The translations under genes and the position numbers were made by a program. Shown piece by piece: positions 14,720 to 26,066 of a stretch of 64,000 nt of DNA. The number at the start of each line of letters is the position of its first letter. Position 1 is the stretch's first letter. This DNA comes from Rhizophagus irregularis (taxonomy: Eukaryota), in contig NC_089432.1 of NCBI RefSeq assembly GCF_026210795.1, positions 1,054,001-1,118,000 on the forward strand, in the 5' to 3' direction. The notes under the pieces are model-generated. The model worked only from the letters and a program-made list of their open reading frames with translations, searched no databases and was not told where the DNA came from.

Positions 14720-15854
14720 TCAATACCTTGTATACTGCATTTATTCAACGATTCATACTCTCGACAAGTTTTTGATACATCTCACATTGAATTTGTGACC
14801 AGCACTCCTGAATAAATGACTCTATTTCTCCCAAATTCTTTGGACTATTTGTTCTCGCTCGAATACGACGTTCAAGCTCATCCCACATGTGTTCAATCGG
14901 ATTAAGGTCGGGACTTTGTCTCGGCCATGGGAGTTGAGCCGTGTCATTAAACTTGTATGTATTGGCGCGTTGTCTTGCTGAAAAAAATACTCCCCATTTC
15001 TTCTTCAAATTGCTCCAAAAATGGTACTACATGATAGCCAAGGATCTTTTGTATGTATCTTTCACTATTAACACGACCATCAATTCTTACCGGAGGGCCA
15101 AATCATACCAACTAAAACACCTATACCACCTCTACCATGTTTTATGGTCGGAACAAGGCAATTTACAGCAAGACTTTCTTTTGGAAGGCTGCCATACATG
15201 AATTTTTTTATCGCTTTGAAACAAAGTGAACCTAGACTCGTCACTCCACACAAATTTCTTCCAGTCATTTATTGTCCAAAAACGACTTTCACGAGCCCAA
15301 AATAAACGAATTTTTCGCTTATGAGAGGTTTTCTGTACGTCTATGGTACCCATTTCATACCGTGTACGCCTTACAGTGCCTTTACTCACTTCTTTTCCGA
15401 TTGATTCAATAAAATCTTTTTGCATTTTTTCTGCTGATATACGACGATTTTGGTAAGGACAACTTAAAGATGACGTTTATCACGTTCATTTGATTTTTTT
15501 GGACGTCCGCTCCGTGAAGCAACAGTTAAAGCACTTGTTTTATGATATTTTATTAGAAAGAACTATTCAAGGAAAACTGACTATGGAAAGACTACTGTTC
15601 ATAATATTATGAGTCTCCAGCTTCATAAAGACCGATAATCCCTCCACGTTCGAGATTTGATAGTTCTTTTGTTTTGACCATTTTATCGCACTTAACAGAG
15701 AAATGAAGAAAAATAAATATCACGCATGATGATTTTTTTTTATTTATTATTATTGTACTACAAAATCCCTCATTTTTATTGCACAAAATCCATTTTTGTC
15801 GCATACTTTGCAAATCATTAGGGTAGTCCTAAACTTTTGAGTAGGTAGTGACTG
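14720..15854 (-). mobile_element. Degenerate Tc1/mariner (DD34E-type) transposon, one TIR visible
   Basis: Transposase fragments MVKTKELSNLERGGIIGL (ATG at 15681), RSGRPKK, WKKFVWSDESRF, WPRQSPDLNPIEHMW, LVESM. 5' end reads TA|CAGTCACTACCTACTCAAAAGTTTAGGAC. Multiple frameshifts; 3' TIR not found. Confidence 0.9.
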
Positions 15855-15856
15855 TA

Positions 15857-16035
15857 TCATGATGCCATTCGATACATGTAAGAAGAAGGTATTTCTTGTC
15901 CCGAATAAATGTTCCATCGGAACAAAGTAGGTTGTAGTAATTTAATACGTCCATTTTTCTCCCTGCATCAATATTATTCTGATTCCTAAGTTGTTGGACG
16001 AATTCCAAAATAGAATCTGCCGCATTTTAATCCAT
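15857..16035 (-). pseudogene. Gene fragment truncated at the Tc1 end
   Basis: Minus reading MD*NAADSILEFVQQLRNQNNIDAGRKMDVLNYYNLLCSDGTFIRDKKYLLLTCIEWHHD runs directly into the Tc1 TA; family not recognised. Confidence 0.35.
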
Positions 16036-17428
16036 ACTAAAAAGCTGCGAAAGTTTATTTTGGGTTAATCATAAAAATGAGTTTTCATTTAGGATTTTTT
16101 TTTTCATAATTTTTTCAATGTGAAATCAGAGTTCTTTTTTAGACTCCAAAAAGACTTTAACGTGGAGAGCTGACTATTTTTTAACGTTGGAAGGAATTTC
16201 GACAGACATTATTTTGTAAATTAAACCCATTTTTCGATAAAGTTCCACTATTTTATTTCCATGCTAATCCTAAAGGAGTAAATATGTGCCGATACTTCGG
16301 TACATCGTAAAACAGAAATATATAATATATTGTTGTTTTATTCTACTCCGCTAAACAAACAAGTGCTTTTCCAGTTACAGTAAACCAATTTTTGTATTAG
16401 CTTCACTGATATTGTATAAATGGCGACCCGAGATCTAGATCTGATTGATCTGATTGATGACTCTGATCTATAATTTTATATCAAAGTATTCAAGTAAAAA
16501 AAAAGATTACTGGTAATCATATTGGTAATCGTCCGATAATAACTTGTTTATAGGGATGTAAATCATATTGTCTATGTATTATAAGTAACAATTGTATATT
16601 ATTAGTCACCATTAACACCATTAAGCTATTTCATATTACTAGTTTAGGTGATATAATAAATGTGACTCATACATGATCTTGATTTTTTTTACTGATCAAA
16701 TGTATTAGTCACTGTGTATTCAAAAGATTTTACAAATATATATATACCCTTAAACTTCCTTAAGAAAAAATCAAAAATCAAATTTCATATTATTTTTCAA
16801 CTTCAAATATTATTTGTCTCAATTCAATTATAAATTTCAATCCAATATTTCAAACTATAATTCAAGATGTCTTATCAATTGTGCCCAAACATTATCAGTA
16901 CTATTCTTAATGAAATTCCCATCAATAAATGTTACCATAATCCTCAACTCATTGAAACTTCTCAAACTTCTCAATATTTACCATTGCTTGCTGGATTCTT
17001 TTATGTTCTTTTGATCATTCTTCTAATATACACCAATATTCTTAATAATATTATTGTCTTAATTTTTCGTTTATTGAAATTCATGTGTACTATAATCTTT
17101 TCTCTTTCCCATCTCCCTACTCTTTATTTCTCTAATATATTTCATCCTTTTGAAAATTTATTATTATCTATATTATTACCAAATCTTCTTTATTTATTGT
17201 ATATATTATTATCAATTCTTTTTCATTTTCTTTATTTACTTAACTGTATAATTCATATTCTCATCTTTTCTTATTCTTTACTTTATAGAGTAATCTATTT
17301 AGTAAATATTATTATCCTTTTAATTTCTCAATAATTTAATTAAATAATCTTATATTACGTAGCTTGGCCCATTGCTTACCAAATATAGCATGGAGATGTA
17401 ATCTTTCCCCTTTGGTCAACTTGGGATT

Positions 17429-17682
17429 ATTTGACCATTCTTAGATAGATAATTTTTACAAGGGGATCGTTTGCATCGCCCATGAAGCATTGCACCATGC
17501 TAATTGGTGTCAGAGAGATCCTTTGTCTTGTAAAAATTTACCCTTTCTTGATCATTTGACCATTCTTAGATAGATAAATTTTATAAGGGGATCGTTTGCA
17601 TCGCCCATGAAGCATTGCACTGTGCTAATTGGTGTCAGAGAGATCCTTTGTCTTGTAAAATTTACCTTTCTTGATCATTTGA
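17429..17682. repeat. Tandem duplication, 2 x ~125 bp, each unit an imperfect hairpin
   Basis: atttgaccattcttagatag...gatcctttgtcttgtaaaa at 17429 and 17554; arms TTTTACAAG-GGGATC ... GATCCTT-TGT-CTTGTAAAA. Confidence 0.9.
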
Positions 17683-18240
17683 TCTATCTCATGTGATTTC
17701 CTTCTTCACATGTGATACCCTTTATTTTGTTCCTTTGTTGAGTTCTTTCCTTAATAACTTATTAACTCAACAATATCCATCACCGTTGGTTCCACGATTT
17801 CTGTGTCCAAGTTCAATTCTTGGAGGTGATTTGCTTTACTAATTAGTTTATCCTTTTTTTCAATTTTCCATTCCAAATATTCTTAATCACTGACAAACTG
17901 AACTTATACAAGAGGTGAATGGGTGGTGTGATGTATGTTAAGTAAGAGACATTTCTAATGTTTCTACTTTTATAGGAGTTCCAGACGAAATTATGAACTG
18001 GATTTTTTAGGTAGAAAATATTTTTTTTATTTATTTTTTTAGTAACATTTTTAGCATTACTTATTTTTATTTTCTTGTAGGGATTACTGAGACAAACTGT
18101 ACTCCTGTGTTACAAAACAAATGATCACACATCAAAGTTTGTGCAACAGTTGAATTTAATGCCCTTCAGTATTTTTTGCGCAAATAAAATTTTTATCACA
18201 TTATCTTTGTATACAATATTTATTTAATCCATAAATTTTT

Positions 18241-18850
18241 ATCACGTTACTCTGTCTTGTCAAAGGAAACATGACTGCAAATACTTTCTGACGCCTAAAA
18301 CATTAAGCTATGGACGCTGGCGATTATGACTATCGCAAATCTCCTCCTTGAACAGGAAAGTTTATTATTTTAATACTAGTCCATGTTCTGATATATAGCT
18401 TTTCCATACAAACTGACTGATGATTTCCATTACTAGCATTCAGTTAAAGAATCTCTCACTCCAAGACAATGATGACTGTCATCAATAAATGATATTGGAG
18501 ACTACTGGTCTGATAAATCGCCTAAGAAGAGTATTCATGTCATAGTTAAGCCACCCGTGTCAACTGACACTTCGAGTTATGAACAGGAATTAACAAGTCT
18601 GTCTATGGTATGTATAAAGTAGTGGGGATAAACTGTGAGAGCTTTTCGTTGCTTTACAGTATATGACGTTGTTGTTAGCACTAAATAGTAAATATCAAGC
18701 ACATGACCCTTGAAGGACTAAAAAATTCCATATGTGCAAAGTATCAGATGAGAATAACTTTGTGAAATGCTCCAGCTATTCGTATCAAAATACAATTTCA
18801 AGTCTACCATGTTTATAGAGACTCCCTTGAAAGCTCTATCAAATTTGACC
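18241..18850 (+). pseudogene. Crinkler (CRN) effector-family pseudogene
   Basis: Fragments ITLLCLVKGNMTANTF, NIKLW, QLKNLSLQDNDD, DIGDYWSDKSPKKSIHVIVKPP (CRN N-terminal domain with the HVxVxxP motif), then TLEGLKNSI and LCEMLQLFVSKYNFKSTMFIETP; stops and deletions present. Confidence 0.8.
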
Positions 18851-18889
18851 TACTACAATATATTGAAAATGACGATAAACTAATAAAAT

Positions 18890-19026
18890 GATGGTTTCTA
18901 TTATTACAAAATATTATTTATATTAAAAACTAATTTATAAAAGAAACCAACTTATAAAATGAAGATGGTTTCTATTATTACAAAATATTATTTATATTAA
19001 AAACTAATTTATAAAAGAAACCAACT
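18890..19026. repeat. Tandem duplication, period 74 bp
   Basis: gatggtttctattattacaaaatattatttatattaaaaactaatttataaaagaaaccaact at 18890 and 18964. Confidence 0.9.
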
Positions 19027-19125
19027 CATTCAAATTCATTTTATTAAAATAAATAATTATAAGGTACAATTTAAGTATCTATATAAAATAAATATAATAG
19101 AGTTAGTTGATACATTGATATTTCT

Positions 19126-20013
19126 TTATGCTGTAAGTTCCTTTAATTTATTTTGAGCATATTGGTATCCTTGTTTTGCAGATTTATTATACCAATAAAT
19201 TGCTTGATTTATATTTTTTCCTATACCATTTCCATATTCATACATTAAAGCAAGATTACATTGAGCCAAATAATTGTCTAAATTTGCTGCCTTTTGATAT
19301 AATTCAAACGCTTTATAATCATTAATATCAATCCCAATTCCATTATAATAACAATTACCTAAGTTATTCATTCCATTCGCATTTCCTAAATCTGCTGCTT
19401 TTTGGAATAATTCAAATGCCCTTTGCCAATTAGTAACAGTTCCAATTCCCATTTCATAACAATATCCTAACTTATCTATCGCATTTGGAATTTCTTTGTC
19501 TGCTAATTCTTCATACAATTCAAAAGCTAAATCATTATTTATATCAACACCTTCTCCATGAATATACATTTCAGCAAGATTTAATTGAGCTACGCTATTT
19601 TCTAATATTGTTGCTTCATGATATAATTCAATTACCTTTTGCTTATTAATAATAGTTCCAATTCCATAATAATTAAAATATCCAAGTAAACAAATTGAAT
19701 TTGAATTATATTGATTATTTAAAAGCCAATTATAAATTTCTGGTGTTAATATCTTGTGATTATTAATATAATTTATTATATTATTTTTTAGTATTTCTTC
19801 ATCTTTCCCTTCATTTAGTCCTTTAAAAATAAGATTGATCATTTCATCAATTATGATACTTAAGTCTTCTTCAAATATATTTTCATGAATATTTTGAGTT
19901 ATAGGTTCTATTTCATTTATATTAATTTTATCAAAATTTTGAATAATTTGAGAAAATCCTTTTAATGAATTATTGGTATTTGATGAATCAATATTATCTA
20001 AATTTAGTTGCAT
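19126..20013 (-). CDS. Intronless kinase-less Sel1-like repeat protein, 5 repeats
   Basis: 295-aa ORF with the same architecture as 9748-10650. Confidence 0.92.
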   Translation of the reverse strand: MQLNLDNIDSSNTNNSLKGFSQIIQNFDKININEIEPITQNIHENIFEEDLSIIIDEMINLIFKGLNEGKDEEILKNNIINYINNHKILTPEIYNWLLNNQYNSNSICLLGYFNYYGIGTIINKQKVIELYHEATILENSVAQLNLAEMYIHGEGVDINNDLAFELYEELADKEIPNAIDKLGYCYEMGIGTVTNWQRAFELFQKAADLGNANGMNNLGNCYYNGIGIDINDYKAFELYQKAANLDNYLAQCNLALMYEYGNGIGKNINQAIYWYNKSAKQGYQYAQNKLKELTA

Positions 20014-21781
20014 ATTGGATATTATAAATTAATTTAAATAACAAGGGAAAGGAGAAGGCAATAATTTTTGTGTAATTATTTTTGCAGCACATTTATTTAT
20101 ATGTGTGGTGGTACTGCATTGTAAATCACTAGAACTATTGTAATTTTACTGATATTCAGTTGTGTAATGTTAATCAATAATACTCGGGATTGAACTCAAT
20201 TTTATTTTATTTCCATTATTGGAGTATATCCAAATTTAGAAGGTTATCGAATTTATTTTACCTTTATATGTTATATAATATGCATCAATTAATTAGTGAG
20301 AAATTATGATAATAATAAAAGATGAATTTGTAATAAATGTATTTTTAATAAATGTAAATACTTATTTTAACGTATTATATGTATTTGATATTTATAATTC
20401 GAATATCATTGTGATAGCTCCCCTTTAAACGCTCTTTAAACATATTTGTGATTTTACAAAAAAAAAAAAGTTCGTCGCTAAACATTGCATATTTTATCAT
20501 TCCTATCATTTGAGCATCTATTTGTAATTTTACTTCTCGTAATCTTACAAAATTTCTTTTGATTTGTGTAAAGAATTCCTAAGATCCGCTCGCCTAAAAA
20601 AAAAGTGAAAAATCGAAACGTTAGCTAGTAAGGCATTTCGTTAAAGGAAATGCAATCAAATACCTACCGAAATCCTTACATCCAAGATGCGGTCTCTAAA
20701 AAAAAAAGTGAAAAATCGAAATGTTAGTAAGTTCTTTATAATTTTTGCATGTGTTTCAGACTCATTTATTTACCCGGACAACATGGTCTTGTTAAATTGG
20801 GAATAAGGAACTTTTTAAATAAATATTATGAAACGTCCTTAATAATATTGTTTATATCATGAACCAAAAAAGCTCATGAATCCTAAAATATGATTAAGCG
20901 CTTTTATATCCTCATTATATTTGCCAATATGTAAGCAATTTATATTTCAATTATTTCTGTAATTGAAATTAATAAATTACTGTGCATAGCGATCGTCGTG
21001 TAGATGATATTAAGTATTCCTTTGCGAAAAATTAAGGCGGGAGCAGAAAACTGTTATCAATGTCAACATTCTAATAACACGATACATTCCATACACAAAA
21101 TGGTCTTGTTTGGATTAAATTCTGCTCACCTAATAAGATATCGTCTTTTCTTTTTACAATATTTAAGAATATCCAATATGTAAAACCAATTATATTACTA
21201 AAATAAATTTTCGTTTTATGTGAAAAAAATACACATTTAAATGCTACCACATATTTCAAAGGACATGTGATATTCTTTGAATATGAATGGAACGAAGATA
21301 TTCCATCGTTAATCTATATCCAAATACAATAGACGTACATGTAAAATATATGATAATTCATGTAATTAATTCTTTATTTAATAAATACTATAAAGTAAAT
21401 TTTCATAGTATTAACTGGAATTTTAATCATTGATATCATTAATCCTTAATATTTTTAATTTGATCAAAATTATATACATGCTCAAACTCTTAACAGAAAA
21501 TTAACAAACTAAATTCAAATAACAAATATATCACTTCATTTTGGACCTAAATTTTTATTGTAATATCATATCTTACATGTATACGTGCAAAAAAAAAATA
21601 AAAAATAAGTCACAATATTTGATATATTGAATAGCTATAAAAATGAAGTTAAAAAATTTAAAATAATGACGTATAAGTTATTTACATCATAAATATGGAA
21701 CAACTTGTTTCACATATTTAATAGTAGTAAAAACAATTGATAAAAAATAATAAGAAAAATAAAATAAGAATAATAAATAAT

Positions 21782-22744
21782 TTACTTCTTTGTAAGCTCC
21801 ATTAATTTATTATCAGCATAGAAGTATCCTTGTTCAGAAGACTTATTGTACCAATAAATTGCCTGGTCTAGGTCTCCTTTAGTTTCATACATTTTAGCAA
21901 GATTGTATTGAGAATATTTATATCCCATATTTGCTGCTATACAATATAATTCAAAAGCCTTCTGACTATTAACATTAGTTCCACTTCCCATCTCATAACA
22001 CCATCCTAAGTTATTTATTCCATCTAAACTTCCCAAATCTGCTGCCTTCTGATACAATTCAAATGCTTTTAGCTTATTAACATTAGTTCCAATTCCTTTA
22101 TCATAACATAATCCTAAATTACTTATTCCATCTGAACTTCCTAAATCAGCCGCTTTTTGATATAATTCAAATGCTTTTTCTCCATTTGCGTCAACTCCAA
22201 TCCCATGTTCATAACACCACCCTAAGTTATTTATTGCGTTCGGAATTCCCTTTTCTGCTAATTTATTTGATAATTTAAAAGCTTCATTATAGTTTTTAAA
22301 AGCAGATTTTCCATAAATATATATGTTAACAAGATGTAATTGAGCGACATTATTTTCTAGTTCTGCTGCTTTTTGAAATAATTCTAATGCTCTTTGTTTA
22401 TTAACACCAACTTCAATTCCATGATAATTAAAATATCCAAGTAAACAAATAGAATTTGAATTATGCTGATTGTTTAAAAGCCAATTATAAATTTTTTGCA
22501 TATTTATTTTTTGATTGTAAATATAATTTAGTACATGAAACTTCAATAATTCTTCGTCGTCATTTAATTCATTAAAAATAAAATTAATCAATTCATCAGT
22601 TATAATATTTAAATCTCCTTCAAAAATATTTGTAGGTTCTACTTCTTTTATATTGATTTTATCAAAATTCTGAACAATATCATTTAATAAATTATTGGTA
22701 TTTAAGGAACTAATATTATCCGAGTTAAGTTGCTTATCACACAT
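21782..22744 (-). CDS. Intronless kinase-less Sel1-like repeat protein, 6 repeats
   Basis: Within ORF 21782-22870; start placed at MCDKQLNSDN (22744) by alignment to paralog starts and the position of the upstream motif. Confidence 0.9.
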   Translation of the reverse strand: MCDKQLNSDNISSLNTNNLLNDIVQNFDKINIKEVEPTNIFEGDLNIITDELINFIFNELNDDEELLKFHVLNYIYNQKINMQKIYNWLLNNQHNSNSICLLGYFNYHGIEVGVNKQRALELFQKAAELENNVAQLHLVNIYIYGKSAFKNYNEAFKLSNKLAEKGIPNAINNLGWCYEHGIGVDANGEKAFELYQKAADLGSSDGISNLGLCYDKGIGTNVNKLKAFELYQKAADLGSLDGINNLGWCYEMGSGTNVNSQKAFELYCIAANMGYKYSQYNLAKMYETKGDLDQAIYWYNKSSEQGYFYADNKLMELTKK

Positions 22745-22959
22745 TGTAAATTGATTTAATAAATGTAACGAACAACAAGGGAAAAGAAGCAAATAAATAA
22801 CTTGTGTAGTAAAACAACGTTTTATGGTAATACTGCAGTGCAGATCAGTTTTGTGCACCTGCAGTTTCATTGTATGATTGCTAATTTAAAATTAGTAATG
22901 CGCCAAGAACTGGGAGTTCATAACATTATACAATAAAACTGCAGGTAGTGAAACGACGA

Positions 22960-23530
22960 ATACAATATTATAAGCGGATATCCGTCAGCTGAAATAATCT
23001 GAATAATTATTACATATCCGCAGTAGATCGAATAAATAATTCGCGGATATTTTGCCAAATTATTTACAAATGATCTGCAAATTACATGGCTAACATGAAA
23101 TCCGGAAATTATCCGTATTACCATATATCCGTGGATAAAACTAATATAATTTTTTATTCACATTTTTTTTTAATTCAACAGTTCAAAAAAACCTCGGTCA
23201 TCATTGAATTTTCATAGAAGTTAAAAAAAAAAAAATTTATAAATATTCACACAATCATATCAGATATGTTTCAGTTTTTGGATGGCGAAGTGTTTCTTAA
23301 ACAGGTTAAAAGTATGACAAAATCAATCCTAAAAATGCAAGTATATTACAATAAATTATATCCATATCGTTGTTTATGAAAAAGAAGAAAATCATCATTA
23401 ATTTATTTAATTTCGATTTATTACAGTTGAACTTACGAATATTCATGAATATTTGCAAATTATCCGTGTGGATTGTTCTACAGATTGCTCATTAATCCGT
23501 AAATTATCCATATTATTCGCATAAATCTGT
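22960..23530. repeat. ATCCG/CGGAT-rich region, probable remnant of a non-autonomous DNA transposon
   Basis: Clusters of atccg/cggat at both ends of the region, resembling the subterminal repeats of the 45358-46457 element; no clear TIR or TSD. Confidence 0.4.
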
Positions 23531-24715
23531 AATGCATCATATGATCTAAATTAAGAAATTTTCAAATCAAACTCTGTTTGTCATACATGTAATGCTTGTT
23601 GTACTCATGAGTCAGATCACCGTTTGATAGTGCATTTTGCATAAATATTATTACAATACTAATAAAGGTTTTTTTTAAAAAAAAAGAAAAAAAAATATTT
23701 ACTTTATTTTTTCAAGTTAGGGAGAATTTGATATAATTATATGGTAATGGCTCACAGTAATGATAAAGGTAATAATTTATATATGACATGAACATTTAAT
23801 ATAACTAGAATTCTAAAATTTTTAACTAAATTTGCCGCAATATAATAAAATAGTTCCCAGTAGTATTTGAAGAATTTGAAGGAAGTAGTAAGTAAAAATC
23901 CAAAGGTAAATCAAACTGAAATATTAAATTTTTATTTATAAATAATTTGAATACTACTTTTTTTGTTAATATACAATGTAATTTAAACTAACTTTTTTAA
24001 TATTATTTAAAGCCTGCAAAATATTCTTTATCCCCCGGCCCCTAAGAAATTATATTATTAAAGATAAGACATTAATGACATTATACATAATTATACATAA
24101 TTATTTTGACTTTATGTAAATAAGCATTGACTAATAGGAATTCAAATGGTCAAATTGAAAATATTTTTCAAAACTTTTTTGTTGTAATAATTAGTAGTCA
24201 TTTACGAATTTATCGATCATTGAATTTTTTTTCCAGGTCATATAAGATGCATATAAAGAATATCCAGCATATTCAGGAAAGCGACAAAAAAGCAGTCAAT
24301 TTATATTTGCCTATTCGATTTGGAAGATTATCTTTTTCTTGTAACATAATTTCAAATAACTCATTCTAATAACCTTAAGTCCTTGATACTTTCACATTTG
24401 GTAATTATCAAATTTTTACTTGAAAGATATTTGCACAAAATACGATTTTTTTTTATTTAAAAATTTCTTGGAGTTAAACACATATACAAGTTTTTTGGCA
24501 GACCATGGAAAAAATATTATTTGTAAATAATGATTTTATTAGAACTATTTTACGCATTGAAGTGTTTAATATTTACATAACCACCAATTTTATAATACAT
24601 TATACAAAATATTTTAAATATATGATGAACACTTAATTTTTTTTAAAAAAAATGAATAGATTTTATTTAATAATGCAAAAATAAAAGTACAACAAATTAA
24701 TTAATATATAAAAGA

Positions 24716-25591
24716 TTATTCTTCTAAAAGCTCATTTAATTTATCTTGCGCAGATTGGTTTCCTTGTTCAGCAGATTTTTTGTACCAATAAATTGCTTGA
24801 TCAATATCTACATTAATTCCATCTCCATCTTTATACATTTTAGCAATACAGTATTGAGCAAAATCATTTTCAAAGTTTGCTGCCATGAGATACAATTCAA
24901 ATGCTTTTTGTTTGTCAACATAAGTTCCAATTCCCTCAGAATAACACCAACCAAAGTTAATTATTCCATTGATATTTCCTAAATCTGCCGCTTTTTGATA
25001 TAAATCAAATGCTTTTTGGTCATAAGCATCAGTTCCAATTCCATTTTCATAACACCATCCTAAGTTATTCAGTCCACCTGCATATTCTTTTTTTGCTAAA
25101 TTCTTAGATAAGTTGAAAGCTAAATCATCATCACTTTCTGTTACATGGATATATATTTCAGTAAGGTCCAATTGAGCCACTATATTTTGTAATTTTGCCG
25201 CTTTTTGATATAATTTAATTGCCCTTTGTTTATTTAGTTTGGTCTCGATTCCATTATAATTAAAATAACCAAGTAAATAAATAGAATTTGAATTATTTTG
25301 ATTATTTAAAAGGTAATTATAAATTTCTTGAATTATCACCTTATTATTAATATGATTTAAAACACATTGTTTTATAGTTTTTCTACATTTTCCTTCATTT
25401 AATTTATTAAAAATAAGTTCAACTAATTTAACAATCACATTATTTAAATCTCCTTCAAAAATACCTTCGTTGATATTTTCTGTTGCAGGCTCTATTTCGA
25501 TTATGTTAATTTTATCAAAATTCTTAATAATTTGAGAAAACTCATGTAATGAATTATTATTTGAGTTAAGATTAATCGAATTATCTGACAT
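24716..25591 (-). CDS. Intronless kinase-less Sel1-like repeat protein, 5 repeats
   Basis: 291-aa ORF; tandem sister of 26067-27038 (shared NNSLHEFSQIIKNFDK, LYLMAAN, QDKLNELLEE and 3' flank). Confidence 0.92.
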   Translation of the reverse strand: MSDNSINLNSNNNSLHEFSQIIKNFDKINIIEIEPATENINEGIFEGDLNNVIVKLVELIFNKLNEGKCRKTIKQCVLNHINNKVIIQEIYNYLLNNQNNSNSIYLLGYFNYNGIETKLNKQRAIKLYQKAAKLQNIVAQLDLTEIYIHVTESDDDLAFNLSKNLAKKEYAGGLNNLGWCYENGIGTDAYDQKAFDLYQKAADLGNINGIINFGWCYSEGIGTYVDKQKAFELYLMAANFENDFAQYCIAKMYKDGDGINVDIDQAIYWYKKSAEQGNQSAQDKLNELLEE

Positions 25592-26066
25592 TATAAAGTA
25601 ATCTAATAATAAGAAGGAAAGAGGAAAAAAAGTAAATATGATTGTTTTTTTTTAGCAAGTTATATTTAAGTATATGGTGATACTGCAGCGATGATCTTTT
25701 GTGACATGTTACAAAGAAAAATGATGTCATGAGCCATGTGATTTCCAGTTGCTCAGATAGATTATACGGTATATATTTTGGTATTTACATTGGTTAAAAT
25801 CACTTCATGACGTCAGTAAATAAAAATACAACACCGTACAATATTTATATTACCATACATGCTTGTACTAGCATAATAATAAAATCATTGGATACTAGTA
25901 ATGGGATATTGTAAAAATTGCACGTACGGTCTCGTTAATCAATAATATATAAATACAAAATATTTCAAAATATATGATGCACACTTAAATTTAATGAATA
26001 AAAAAAAAATAAATTTTATTTAATAACTGAATGTAAAAAATTGACAATTAAACAAATTAATTAAAT

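Noticed and set aside
16740..17340. 155-aa hydrophobic ORF 16867-17334 as a membrane protein
   Set aside because: Arises from strong pyrimidine/purine strand skew; more likely the antisense of a decayed element, with no recognisable motif
22745..22870. 42-aa N-terminal extension or signal peptide on the Sel1 ORF
   Set aside because: It overlaps the conserved upstream motif, and paralogs start at the position of 22744
24746..24982. Short antisense or alternate-frame ORFs over Sel1 and kinase genes (also 30308, 30543, 31611, 63690)
   Set aside because: Shadows of real coding frames with no independent evidence
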